This document shows, piece after piece, positions 1 to 9,874 of a DNA stretch of 64,000 nucleotides. The stretch lies in the IMG/VR virus record IMGVR_UViG_3300005613_000004; one strand, written 5' to 3'. Under the pieces are notes generated by a model, which was given only the letters and a program-made list of their open reading frames with translations, did no database searches and was not told the DNA's origin. The position numbers were made by a program, and so were the translations under genes. The stretch's first letter is position 1. Every line of letters starts with the position of its first letter. Source of the DNA: a virus.

Positions 1-148
1 GTATAGATATTCAAAGTGGTTGGTATTGCAACTATTAATTAAAATGAGAGATATGAATAAAAAGACTGCAGATCACATAACTCAGGACATGTATTTGTAT
101 GCAAGTTCTCAGGCATCTTTCTCTGCTCCATATTTGAAATTAGAATGA
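1..148 (+). CDS. 3' end of a gene truncated by the window start (hypothetical)
   Basis: Open frame reading ...MRDMNKKTADHITQDMYLYASSQASFSAPYLKLE to TGA at 146-148, overlapping the next ATG. Confidence 0.5.
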   Translation, partial: YRYSKWLVLQLLIKMRDMNKKTADHITQDMYLYASSQASFSAPYLKLE

Positions 149-372
149 TGAACCCACAAATTGACGAACTATTACAATCTTTTGAAGCAAGCACAAAAAG
201 AACCAAAGACAAGTATAATGAGTTTCTTGCTCACGTCTATACAACCTTTGACAAACACATCTCATTATGCAAGTCAGATAAGATGATGAATAAATATAAG
301 AAAATGAGGAATAGTGTCCTCAGTTACATTGTTGCCAACGAAAAGTCTATAATTTCTAAACTGAGTAAGTAA
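145..372 (+). CDS. hypothetical protein
   Basis: 75-aa ORF coupled to neighbours by ATGA/TAATG overlaps. Confidence 0.7.
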   Translation: MMNPQIDELLQSFEASTKRTKDKYNEFLAHVYTTFDKHISLCKSDKMMNKYKKMRNSVLSYIVANEKSIISKLSK

Positions 373-1613
373 TGAAGAGCTTCTTCCAATTTTTATCCGA
401 AAATACTGCTACTCAACAAGCAGCACGTCTTGGTCTGAAAAGTGATGGTCATGGTGGATGGTATGATAAAAAGGGAGAGTTCGTTGCGAAGACAGAAAAG
501 GGAAGACTGAAGTTTTATAATAAGCGTCAAAGAATTGGTAAGCAGGATCCTCCATCGACTGATAAGGAGAAGAATCTATCTCAAACAACATACGAAAAAG
601 AACCGGCACAAGAACCTGCACCACAACAGCAGGCAGCAGCACCAGAACAACCAGCAGCACAACAGGCACCTGCACAAGAGGGACCACCACCAGTAGAAAA
701 AACCAAAGGAACACTGACCGTTGCATTTGGTCGTTTTAATCCACCAACAACAGGACACGAAAAACTACTTGATACTGTGGCAGCAAGTTCTGATGATGGA
801 GACTATATTATTATCCCATCACGCAGTCAGGATAAGAAAAAGAATCCATTAGATCCAGATACTAAAATCTCTATTATGAGACAGATGTATCCCAATCATA
901 GTGAAAAGATTGTTAATGATCCTCAGAATAGAACTATTTTTGATGTACTGAAGAAGGCACATATGGATGGATATGCTGGTGTTCGTATTGTTGGTGGTGG
1001 TGATCGTGTTGCTGAGTTTGAAAAACTTTCAAATAATTACAACGGAAAACTTTATGCTTTTGATAATGTAGAAGTTCTTTCTGCAGGAGATCGTGATCCT
1101 GATGGTGATGATGTTTCTGGTATGTCTGCATCAAAGCAAAGAAAAGCAGCAGCAGAAGGAGACTTTGCATCATTCCGTAAAGGTGTTCCTTCATCACTGA
1201 ATAATAAGCAGGCAAAAGAACTTTATAATACTCTTCGTTCTGCGATGAATATTAAAGAAGGATGGAATCTTTGGGAGATTGCTCCTAAGTTTGATTGGAA
1301 GAATCTTCGTGAAAACTTTATAAATGATAAGATTTTTAAGGTTGGTGAACTGGTAGAAAATGTTAATACAGGATTAGTTGGTAAGATTATTCGTCGTGGA
1401 ACTAATCATCTGATTTGTGTTACTGAAGATAAGATTATGTTTAAATCATGGATTAAGGATGTGTCAGAGGCAGTGACAAATAGCAATGCTCCATCTGGTG
1501 TTCCTGCCGATCAGAGACTTGTGGGAACTGATGCTCATCGTAAGTATGTTGAGAAAATGGTTCCCGGAAGTGAATGGGGAAAGCAATTTATAAATAAGTA
1601 TAGAAAAAAGTAA
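372..1613 (+). CDS. cytidyltransferase-like (HIGH-superfamily) nucleotidyltransferase
   Basis: LTVAFGRFNPPTTGHEKLL (HIGH-like motif), GDRDPD, MSASK; P/Q/A-rich linker; typical cyanomyophage core gene. Confidence 0.85.
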   Translation: MKSFFQFLSENTATQQAARLGLKSDGHGGWYDKKGEFVAKTEKGRLKFYNKRQRIGKQDPPSTDKEKNLSQTTYEKEPAQEPAPQQQAAAPEQPAAQQAPAQEGPPPVEKTKGTLTVAFGRFNPPTTGHEKLLDTVAASSDDGDYIIIPSRSQDKKKNPLDPDTKISIMRQMYPNHSEKIVNDPQNRTIFDVLKKAHMDGYAGVRIVGGGDRVAEFEKLSNNYNGKLYAFDNVEVLSAGDRDPDGDDVSGMSASKQRKAAAEGDFASFRKGVPSSLNNKQAKELYNTLRSAMNIKEGWNLWEIAPKFDWKNLRENFINDKIFKVGELVENVNTGLVGKIIRRGTNHLICVTEDKIMFKSWIKDVSEAVTNSNAPSGVPADQRLVGTDAHRKYVEKMVPGSEWGKQFINKYRKK

Positions 1614-1631
1614 GAATTATCAGATCTTCCA

Positions 1632-3041
1632 ATGGATAAAAATATTTTTGAAGAAGGTCCTCGTAGAGGTCATGCTGCAGGAGATACTAGTATTGAACAG
1701 CAAGCATCACAACTTGCTTCTGATATTAGGTATAAAGTAAGACAAAAGATGAAGGGCAAGTCTGGATCTAATATGAGTCCTGCTCAAGTTACACAACTTT
1801 ATGCCCAATTTCTTAATTCTTCTTCTGCACCTGGTGGTGTAAAGGCAATTGCAAAGAAGAAATTACTTGGTGAGCAAATTGATCCTGGTATTGTCTCTAT
1901 TGCAGAACACTTAAAATCTTCTTCTGAATATGTGTTTGGAAGAGTTTTTGAGGGTAAAGAAGAGAAGAAGTTCGTTATTCGTGTAACCGATAGGGCAACT
2001 GGTAATACAACATATAGAAAAGCAGACCGTGCTAAGATTGCTGAACTGAGAGCAAATAAGAATATTTCTTCTGTAGAGATTACTGGAAGAAAAGAAGTGG
2101 ATGATGCTTTTAAGGGAGACCCAAAACCAAATTATGATGGTAAGAAAGCAAAGAAAGATTATGATGGAGATGGTAAAGTAGAGAGTGGGTCAAAAGAGCA
2201 CGCTGGAGTAGTTCATAATGCCATCCAACGTAAGAAGGGGGGAGTTGCTGATGGACAAGACACCAGAAAAGAAGAAGTCATTTATGAAAAGGAATCGGGA
2301 GGTAATAAGAAACTTGATGTAATGAAGGGTAAAAATAAAATAAAGATTAATCCGACAATTGGTGAAAGTATTCGTGCCGAACTTGATTTACTGAAGGCAC
2401 AAAAAATTGCCGAACAGGATGCTTCTATGAAGCAGCAAGATGATGAGAAAAAGAAAGAGCAACTTGCCGTTCAGCAGGCAAAGAAAGATAAACAGATGAA
2501 GTTGAGAATCCTTCAGAGTAAAAAGAGAGCACTTATGAGTGGTGCAGATATTACCGCATCTTATCACTCAGAAAGTGATACTATTGCCGAAGGTGAAGGG
2601 CAAGTTCGTTATTGCCCTAAGTGTGATAGGAACGAAACCAGAGATGAGTGCAGTTATGGTGGTGAGTATTGGGATGAGAATTCAAAACCAGCAAAGGAAG
2701 AAGATCCAAGATCAATTCCCACCAAAATTAATCTTACAAAGAATAAGTTGAGAGCAATGGGTCTTAAGATGTCTTATGATATGGAAGGTGATTTAATTGA
2801 TGAGAGGAGAAGAGAAGACAAAGGAACACCAAGACCACCCGAACCAAGTGCAGCATTTAAGGCTGTCTCTAGAGAAATGGGATCTTCTAGACTTGGTGTT
2901 CAACCAAGAGGGAAGAAAAAAGATCGTGGTGCTAAAAATGATGGTGAATTAACTTCCGTTGATAGAATTAAGAATAGACTTTCTAAAATGAGAGCACCTC
3001 AACCAAATCCGTATAGATCAAGACCTGGAGAGTCGGATTAA
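1632..3041 (+). CDS. highly charged hypothetical protein, probable head-internal/virion protein
   Basis: KKDYDGDGKVESGSKEHAG motif common in cyanophages; late-promoter-like TATAAATA just upstream (~1599). Confidence 0.65.
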   Translation: MDKNIFEEGPRRGHAAGDTSIEQQASQLASDIRYKVRQKMKGKSGSNMSPAQVTQLYAQFLNSSSAPGGVKAIAKKKLLGEQIDPGIVSIAEHLKSSSEYVFGRVFEGKEEKKFVIRVTDRATGNTTYRKADRAKIAELRANKNISSVEITGRKEVDDAFKGDPKPNYDGKKAKKDYDGDGKVESGSKEHAGVVHNAIQRKKGGVADGQDTRKEEVIYEKESGGNKKLDVMKGKNKIKINPTIGESIRAELDLLKAQKIAEQDASMKQQDDEKKKEQLAVQQAKKDKQMKLRILQSKKRALMSGADITASYHSESDTIAEGEGQVRYCPKCDRNETRDECSYGGEYWDENSKPAKEEDPRSIPTKINLTKNKLRAMGLKMSYDMEGDLIDERRREDKGTPRPPEPSAAFKAVSREMGSSRLGVQPRGKKKDRGAKNDGELTSVDRIKNRLSKMRAPQPNPYRSRPGESD

Positions 3042-3406
3042 TGCCTGCAGTATCTAAGAAACAACAGAAATTCTTTGGAATTGTTCGTGCCATTCAAAAA
3101 GGTGAGATAGCACCTACGACTCCAGAAACGGCAAAAGCTGCAGAAACTATGAAGAAGAGTGATGTGAAAGATTTTGCGTCAACAAAGCATAATAAACTCC
3201 CTGAGAAAAAAGAGGTAAAGGAAGCACTTCGATCTTCTCTATTGACTGATAAAAAGTTTATGAAGAAGGTTGAGAATGAAGATAAAGAAAAGAAAAAGAA
3301 AAAATTTCGTGATTTTTCAAAAGATATGGAAGCAGCAAAGAAGAGATCATATGAAGTTGATAATAAAAAACCATATGATGCTAATAAACACACAAGATAC
3401 TATTGA
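3041..3406 (+). CDS. hypothetical protein (MPAVSKKQQ family)
   Basis: ORF coupled by TAATG; basic and charged. Confidence 0.7.
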   Translation: MPAVSKKQQKFFGIVRAIQKGEIAPTTPETAKAAETMKKSDVKDFASTKHNKLPEKKEVKEALRSSLLTDKKFMKKVENEDKEKKKKKFRDFSKDMEAAKKRSYEVDNKKPYDANKHTRYY

Positions 3407-3648
3407 TAAATTTGCTATATAGTTTAGATCTTTTGGTAAAAAAAATGTTAGCATTCCTTCTTCCACTGGCATCAAAGATTATTACCGATGCCGTTGCTAA
3501 AATTCCCGATAATGAGGAACTTGGTGAAAAATTAATTTCTATTTGCTTAGTAATTCTTTCCAAAGCAGTTAAACTCACCAAGACTGAAATGGATGATCAA
3601 CTTCTTGAAGTAGTTTCAAATGCCATTAAGGCAAGAGAAACTGAATGA
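3403..3648 (+). CDS. hypothetical protein (start may be ATG ~3446)
   Basis: ORF track; MLAFLLPLASKIITDAV-type small phage protein. Confidence 0.6.
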   Translation: MINLLYSLDLLVKKMLAFLLPLASKIITDAVAKIPDNEELGEKLISICLVILSKAVKLTKTEMDDQLLEVVSNAIKARETE

Positions 3649-3686
3649 TATAAATATCTGTATAAAGAATTAAAGGGAAAAGAAAC

Positions 3687-4247
3687 ATGTCTCTTTGGGG
3701 CAATCTAGATTTAGTATATAATGATGGCGAAGTTCAAGTAAATCTTGAAACTTCTACTGAGCAAGTAACTGGAAGTGTTGGTGTTGTAACTTTTACCACT
3801 TCTGGAATTGGTACAGGTGACGTAATTACAGTCGGTACTGGTGCGACCTATGGTTATGCTTACATTACTGGATTTACATCAACAACTATCTCCATTGCAA
3901 ACACTGCAGGATTTGTATCAGGACTCACAACTGTTCCATCAACATCATATTCTATTTCACAAGAACCAAGTTACATAGTTCTTGGTGATTCTGCATATAG
4001 AGCACCAGAATCTAAGACTGTTGGTTATTCTACAAATCCAGTATTTACTGGTGTTTTTGGTGTAGACAGCATCGAAACTGGTCTTGCTAGAACAACATCA
4101 TATGCAGTAGCACATCAAGGATGGGTTGGTGTTACAAGTTATATTGATATGCATGGTCTTCTCAGAGTTAAATCTGAGACATTTGTGGCTTCTGGAATTC
4201 TGACAACATCCGATGCCCCAGATGATTCACAATTCCCAGATACTTGA
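3687..4247 (+). CDS. putative virion structural protein
   Basis: MSLWG start, G/T/S-rich, HQGWVG motif; TATAAATA upstream (~3651). Confidence 0.6.
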   Translation: MSLWGNLDLVYNDGEVQVNLETSTEQVTGSVGVVTFTTSGIGTGDVITVGTGATYGYAYITGFTSTTISIANTAGFVSGLTTVPSTSYSISQEPSYIVLGDSAYRAPESKTVGYSTNPVFTGVFGVDSIETGLARTTSYAVAHQGWVGVTSYIDMHGLLRVKSETFVASGILTTSDAPDDSQFPDT

Positions 4248-4263
4248 TAATTGATAACATGAT

Positions 4264-4635
4264 ATGAGATTCGACGAGTTGAATGAGAGTAATTATTTAC
4301 TCTTTGCTATAAAATTCTATGATAATCCTCAAGCACTCACTAGAGATGATTTTGAGGATGATTTGAAAAGAATCAAATATATTAAGAGATTATTGAAGCG
4401 ATATAAAATTCATGGGGAACTTAAAACTCACCTTATATTGAATCATTTAACTGTTTTATTTAATGTATTTGGTGATGCAGCAGTTCCTCTCCTGTTTTAT
4501 AATTTGGAAAAAGAACTTTGGTCATACATTAAAAGTTTTTTATTATTTTTAAATAGAATTCCTGAGTATCCCATGACGGCAATCAGTGAATTGAAAGAAG
4601 ATGAATATTGCTTAGAAAAATTAAGAGAAATCTAA
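4264..4635 (+). CDS. conserved T4-like phage hypothetical protein
   Basis: FLLFAIKFYDNP...LILNHLTVLFNVFG pattern. Confidence 0.7.
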   Translation: MRFDELNESNYLLFAIKFYDNPQALTRDDFEDDLKRIKYIKRLLKRYKIHGELKTHLILNHLTVLFNVFGDAAVPLLFYNLEKELWSYIKSFLLFLNRIPEYPMTAISELKEDEYCLEKLREI

Positions 4636-4841
4636 TGAAATTAGATAAAATTATTAATCTAATACGAGAGATGAATGAGGACGTAGCAATTGCTGCTCCT
4701 ACAAATAATGCAAGTAGTGGTGCAATTGCAGGATTACCTCCAGATCAACCTCCAGTAAACTTGAAGAGAAAGAAAGAAAGAAAATACATGAAGGGTCCTG
4801 GTAGAAAAGTTTGGATGGATTTCTTAAAAGGGAGGAAATGA
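4635..4841 (+). CDS. hypothetical protein (start likely ATG 4635)
   Basis: APTNNASSGAIAGLPPDQPPV motif; TAATG coupling. Confidence 0.6.
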   Translation: MKLDKIINLIREMNEDVAIAAPTNNASSGAIAGLPPDQPPVNLKRKKERKYMKGPGRKVWMDFLKGRK

Positions 4842-5254
4842 TGTTCAATCAAAATTCTAAGGTTGCAGTTCTCGAATCTAAATTCAGTATTTATGAAGAT
4901 CTGACTCGTGAGATGATGGCAAGGTTAGAAACTGCCGTGGATAAGATATCAGAAGGAAATCAAAGAATTGCTTCTATTCTTGCAAAGCATGATGAAAGGA
5001 TAGAGCAAAGTTTAAAAACAGATGATTTGATCATTAAAATGATTGATGAACTGAAAACATCTGAGGAAAAAAATAATAAAATTATTCATGACAGAATTGA
5101 TAGAATTCAAATAGATATCAAAGCGTTCTCAAAGTTTAGATGGCAAGTAGGAGGAGTTTTGATCGTATCAGCACTTATTATAAGTGCCGGTACTAGAGTT
5201 TTTCCATTTTTCTTGACTCAGACACCTCAGCAGGTTATAATGAAGAACCAGTGA
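4838..5254 (+). CDS. coiled-coil protein with C-terminal transmembrane segment (start likely ATG 4838)
   Basis: Heptad-rich body, hydrophobic WQVGGVLIVSALII tail. Confidence 0.6.
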   Translation: MMFNQNSKVAVLESKFSIYEDLTREMMARLETAVDKISEGNQRIASILAKHDERIEQSLKTDDLIIKMIDELKTSEEKNNKIIHDRIDRIQIDIKAFSKFRWQVGGVLIVSALIISAGTRVFPFFLTQTPQQVIMKNQ

Positions 5255-5266
5255 TGATTTCACACA

Positions 5267-6238
5267 ATGGATTTGGTTGATTCCAAGTATATTGGACTAG
5301 TATCTTCTCGCCTTCAGAAATTTAAGAGGGTAAAAGATAACTTATATAACTTCAGATGTCCCATTTGTGGAGACTCACAGAAAAATAAAAACAAGACACG
5401 AGGATATATCTATCAGGTTAAAAATAATGCAAACTTTAAGTGCCATAACTGTGGTGCAAGTATGTCCCTTAATAATTTTCTTAAGCATATTGATATAACT
5501 CTTCATAAGCAGTATACTCTTGAAAAATTTAAAGAAGGTCATACTGGAAAAAACTTTGTAGTGGAAGAACCAAAGTTTGATTTTAAGAAACCAGTGTTTA
5601 AGAAATCGATTAATTTACCAAAGGCATCGACTAATCATGTTGCATCGGAGTATCTTAAAAATCGCAAAGTAGATCCAGATAAGTTTTACTATGCTGATAA
5701 GTTCATGGAGTGGACTAATAGCCAAAAACAAACATTTGATACTATTAGGATAGATGAACCAAGAATTATAATTCCTATGTATGATGAATCTAAAAATTTT
5801 ATAGGATTTCAGGGAAGAGCACTGGGAAAGTCATTCACTAAATATATCACTGTGATGCTGAATGATGAAGCACCAAAGATTTATGGACTGGATTCAATCA
5901 ATAAAGCACTACCAATCTATGTGGTCGAAGGACCCTTCGACAGCACTTTTGTTGGGAATAGTGTGGCTTTGTGTGGCAGTGACGGTGACGTACGTTGTCT
6001 TGAAGGAAGCGATATTATTTTTGTTTATGATAATGAGCCCCGCAATCGAGAAATTGTCAATAGAATTGGGAAGTGTATTGAGAAAGGTCAGAGTGTCGTC
6101 ATCTGGCCAAACAGAATTATAGAAAAAGATATCAACGATATGGTTCTTGCTGGACATAACGTTATGGATGTGTTAAAATCAAACACTTACACCGGATTAC
6201 AAGCAAAGATTAAATTCAATAATTGGAAAAAGATATGA
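5267..6238 (+). CDS. gp61: T4-like DNA primase
   Basis: Zn finger CPICGDS...CHNCG; TOPRIM VVEGPFDS and YDNEPRN. Confidence 0.95.
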   Translation: MDLVDSKYIGLVSSRLQKFKRVKDNLYNFRCPICGDSQKNKNKTRGYIYQVKNNANFKCHNCGASMSLNNFLKHIDITLHKQYTLEKFKEGHTGKNFVVEEPKFDFKKPVFKKSINLPKASTNHVASEYLKNRKVDPDKFYYADKFMEWTNSQKQTFDTIRIDEPRIIIPMYDESKNFIGFQGRALGKSFTKYITVMLNDEAPKIYGLDSINKALPIYVVEGPFDSTFVGNSVALCGSDGDVRCLEGSDIIFVYDNEPRNREIVNRIGKCIEKGQSVVIWPNRIIEKDINDMVLAGHNVMDVLKSNTYTGLQAKIKFNNWKKI

Positions 6239-8532
6239 GTAACGGAACAAAAGTCATTAAGAGAAATGGAAATGATGAACTGCTTGATTTAAATAAATTG
6301 CATGTAATGGTAGAAGAAGCATGTAAAGATCTATCTGGTGTTTCTGCATCACAAGTTGAAATGCAATCTGGTATTCAATTCTATGACGGTATTACCACAG
6401 CAGAGATTCAGGAGATTTTAATTCGTTCTGCATCAGATTTGATTGATTTAGACCATCCAAACTATCAATACGTTGCTGCAAGGTTACTTTTATTTGCTCT
6501 TCGCAAAAAACTTTATGGACGTATGCATGAAAATCCAAAAGTAAAAACTCATGTTCAAAATTGTGTTGATATGGGTGTATATGACTCAGAAATTCTGAAC
6601 ATGTATACTGACGAAGAATTTGAAAAACTGGATTCATACATTGATCATAGTCGTGATTACTTATTCACCTATGCAGGATTACGTCAAGTTTGTGATAAAT
6701 ATCTTGTTCAGGATAGGAGCATCGGAAAGATATATGAAACTCCCCAGTTCATGTATTTGTTGATTGCAGCAACCATTTTTTCTAGGTATCCTAAAGAAAC
6801 ACGTCTCGATTACGTAAAAAAGTATTATGACGCAATCTCAAAACACAAAATCAACATTCCCACACCTATCATGGCAGGGGTTAGAACTCCACTTCGACAA
6901 TATGCTAGCTGTGTTCTTGTTGATGTTGATGACTCCCTCGATAGCATCTTTAGTTCTGATATGGCTATCGGCAGATATGTTGCACAAAGGGCGGGAATCG
7001 GTATCAATGCAGGTAGAATCCGCGGCATCAACAGTAAGATCAGAGGTGGAGAAGTTCAGCATACAGGCGTTATTCCGTTTCTCAAAAAGTTTGAGTCAAC
7101 TGTCAGATGTTGCACTCAAAACGGCATACGAGGTGGAAGCGCAACAGTACACTTCCCAATCTGGCACCAAGAAATAGAAGATATTTTAGTTCTTAAAAAT
7201 AATAAAGGAACAGAAGATAATAGAGTACGTAAACTAGATTACTCCATTCAAATGAGTAAATTGTTTTATGAACGATTCATCAACAATGAACATATTACAC
7301 TCTTCAGTCCACATGACGTTCCTGGTCTGTATGATGCTTTTGGTACTGATGGATTTGATGATTTATACAGAGCTTATGAGGGTGATCCAGATATTCCTCA
7401 AAAGGCAATTGGTGCTCAAGAACTTATAATGAGTCTCTTGAAAGAAAGAGCAGAGACTGGTAGAATCTATATTATGAATATTGATCACTGCAATTCTCAC
7501 TCATCCTTTATGGATAAGATTGAGATGAGCAACCTTTGTCAAGAGATCACTCTACCCACCAAACCTTTACAACATATTGATAGTACTGATGGTGAAATTG
7601 CTCTTTGTATTCTTAGTGCTATCAATATTGGTAAAATTAAAGATCTTGAAGATCTTCAGATTCTTTGCGATCTTGCTGTTAGGGGTCTTGATGAACTCAT
7701 TGATTTTCAGCAATATCCCATCAAGGCAGCAGAAATTGCCACAAAAGCACGTAGATCCCTCGGAATCGGTTATATTGGACTCGCACATTATCTTGCAAAG
7801 AATGGACTCTCCTACGACGATCCTGGAGCATGGAAATCGATTCATGACTTGACCGAAGCATTTCAATATTATTTGATCAAATCGACTGTCAATCTTGCAA
7901 GAGAAAAAGGTGCTTGTGAATACAGTGATCGTACTAAGTATAGTCGGGGAATTCTTCCGATTGATACATATAAGAAGGATGTGGATGAAATTGTGCCAAA
8001 TGTTCTTCACTGTAATTGGGAGAAACTTAGAGCACAAGCTAAGCAGTATGGAGTTAGAAATTCAACATTGTCAGCACAAATGCCTTCGGAGAGTAGCTCC
8101 GTTGTATCAAATGCAACTAATGGAATTGAACCTCCTAGAGGATTCCTTTCGATTAAAAAATCGAAACAAGGACCTCTTAAGCAAATTGTTCCGCAGTATA
8201 ATTCACTAAAGAACAATTATACTTTATTGTGGGATATGCCCTCTAATAGGGGATACATCAATATTGTTGCAGTAATGCAAAAATTCTTTGATCAGGCAAT
8301 ATCTGGAAATTGGAGTTATAATCCAAAACATTATTCAAACAATGAGATTCCTGTGTCTATAATGGCACAAGATCTTTTAACTACATATAAGTATGGTTGG
8401 AAAACCAGTTATTATCAAAATACATATGACATTAAGACTGATGAAGTAGAAGAACCTACCGAATCACTTGATACATTAATTAATCAATTAGAAGTAGCAG
8501 AGGAGGAAGATTGTGAGTCTTGTAAGATTTAA
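6235..8532 (+). CDS. nrdA: ribonucleotide reductase class I alpha subunit (start likely ATG 6235)
   Basis: ATP-cone VIKRNG, PTPIMAG, ASCVL, SNLCQEI, LSAQMPSESSS, C-terminal CESCKI. Confidence 0.98.
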   Translation: MSNGTKVIKRNGNDELLDLNKLHVMVEEACKDLSGVSASQVEMQSGIQFYDGITTAEIQEILIRSASDLIDLDHPNYQYVAARLLLFALRKKLYGRMHENPKVKTHVQNCVDMGVYDSEILNMYTDEEFEKLDSYIDHSRDYLFTYAGLRQVCDKYLVQDRSIGKIYETPQFMYLLIAATIFSRYPKETRLDYVKKYYDAISKHKINIPTPIMAGVRTPLRQYASCVLVDVDDSLDSIFSSDMAIGRYVAQRAGIGINAGRIRGINSKIRGGEVQHTGVIPFLKKFESTVRCCTQNGIRGGSATVHFPIWHQEIEDILVLKNNKGTEDNRVRKLDYSIQMSKLFYERFINNEHITLFSPHDVPGLYDAFGTDGFDDLYRAYEGDPDIPQKAIGAQELIMSLLKERAETGRIYIMNIDHCNSHSSFMDKIEMSNLCQEITLPTKPLQHIDSTDGEIALCILSAINIGKIKDLEDLQILCDLAVRGLDELIDFQQYPIKAAEIATKARRSLGIGYIGLAHYLAKNGLSYDDPGAWKSIHDLTEAFQYYLIKSTVNLAREKGACEYSDRTKYSRGILPIDTYKKDVDEIVPNVLHCNWEKLRAQAKQYGVRNSTLSAQMPSESSSVVSNATNGIEPPRGFLSIKKSKQGPLKQIVPQYNSLKNNYTLLWDMPSNRGYINIVAVMQKFFDQAISGNWSYNPKHYSNNEIPVSIMAQDLLTTYKYGWKTSYYQNTYDIKTDEVEEPTESLDTLINQLEVAEEEDCESCKI

Positions 8533-9697
8533 GACAAACAAGGAGGATCGTCCAATGGTCAAGTCTATGACCGTTTTTAATTCTCAAGATGTAAACACTA
8601 AAAAACAACCAATGTTTCTAGGTAAACCTCTTGGAATACAGAGATACGACTCTTACAAGTATCCTATTTTTGAAAAACTAACCACTCAGCAACTTGGATA
8701 TTTTTGGAGACCAGAAGAGGTCTCTCTTCAGAAAGATCGTGGTGATTATCAATCACTTAGACCAGAACAGAAACATATTTTTACTAGTAATCTGAAGTAT
8801 CAGGTTATGTTGGATTCTGTTCAAGGAAGAGGTCCTGGTATGGCATTTGCTCCATATTGTTCTCTTCCAGAATTGGAAGCATGTATGAAAGTATGGGAAT
8901 TTATGGAGATGATCCATTCACGTTCTTATACTTATATTATTAAAAATGTTTATTCTAATCCTTCAGACGTTTTTGATACTATTCTCAAAGAGGATCGTAT
9001 TATGGAACGTGCTGTAAGTGTTACAGAAGCTTATGATGATTTTATCAATGCAGCACATCATTATGACAGTACTAATGATTGGATTCATGCGATAGAAAAA
9101 GTCCCTTACGCATTGGAATCGAATTATGAACTCAAACGTAAACTCTATAGAGCAGTTGCAAACGTTAATATTCTTGAAGGTATTCGCTTTTACGTGTCTT
9201 TTGCATGTAGTTTTGCTTTTGGCGAACTCAAGCTTATGGAAGGAAGTGCAAAAATTATCTCACTCATCGCAAGAGATGAAAATCAACATCTAGTAATTAC
9301 TCAAAATATTTTGAAAAATTGGATGAATGGTGATGATCCGGATATGAAGAAAATTGCTAAGGAAGAAGAACCTTGGTTAATTGGTGCATTTGAAAATACT
9401 GTTAATCAAGAAAAACTATGGGCAGAATATCTGTTCAAAGATGGTTCTATGATTGGATTAAATGATAAATTACTATATCAATATGTTGAGTGGATTGCAA
9501 ATCGTAGAATGAAAGCAATAGGATTAAGGACAATCTATGACATTCCCGCAAAGAATAATCCACTTCCCTGGACGGAACATTGGATTTCGTCGAAGGGTCT
9601 CCAAGTGGCTCCACAAGAAACAGAAGTTGAATCCTACATTGTCGGAGGAATCAAACAAGACGTTACCAAAGACACCTTTGCAGGTTTCTCTTTGTAG
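8513..9697 (+). CDS. nrdB: ribonucleotide reductase class I beta subunit
   Basis: FWRPEEV, DSVQGR, EMIHSRSY, LEGIRFYVSF, RDENQH, PQETEVESY. Confidence 0.98.
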   Translation: MSLVRFKTNKEDRPMVKSMTVFNSQDVNTKKQPMFLGKPLGIQRYDSYKYPIFEKLTTQQLGYFWRPEEVSLQKDRGDYQSLRPEQKHIFTSNLKYQVMLDSVQGRGPGMAFAPYCSLPELEACMKVWEFMEMIHSRSYTYIIKNVYSNPSDVFDTILKEDRIMERAVSVTEAYDDFINAAHHYDSTNDWIHAIEKVPYALESNYELKRKLYRAVANVNILEGIRFYVSFACSFAFGELKLMEGSAKIISLIARDENQHLVITQNILKNWMNGDDPDMKKIAKEEEPWLIGAFENTVNQEKLWAEYLFKDGSMIGLNDKLLYQYVEWIANRRMKAIGLRTIYDIPAKNNPLPWTEHWISSKGLQVAPQETEVESYIVGGIKQDVTKDTFAGFSL

Positions 9698-9874
9698 AGG
9701 AAACTGTAATTGTAGATGTGTAAAACCTGAAGATGCTCTAGAAGCATATAAAGAAGCAGCAAAATCTGATGATTTTCTGTTTGATAACTATGATGGATAT
9801 GGAGCATATGAGGAGGGTCATTGAGACCCTCTTTTTTTATAAATATTTTTATAAAGGGCAATTAAGAAATTAAG

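Noticed and set aside
5267-9697. Introns or inteins in primase, nrdA or nrdB
   Set aside because: Frames are continuous, lengths are normal and no intein motifs are seen
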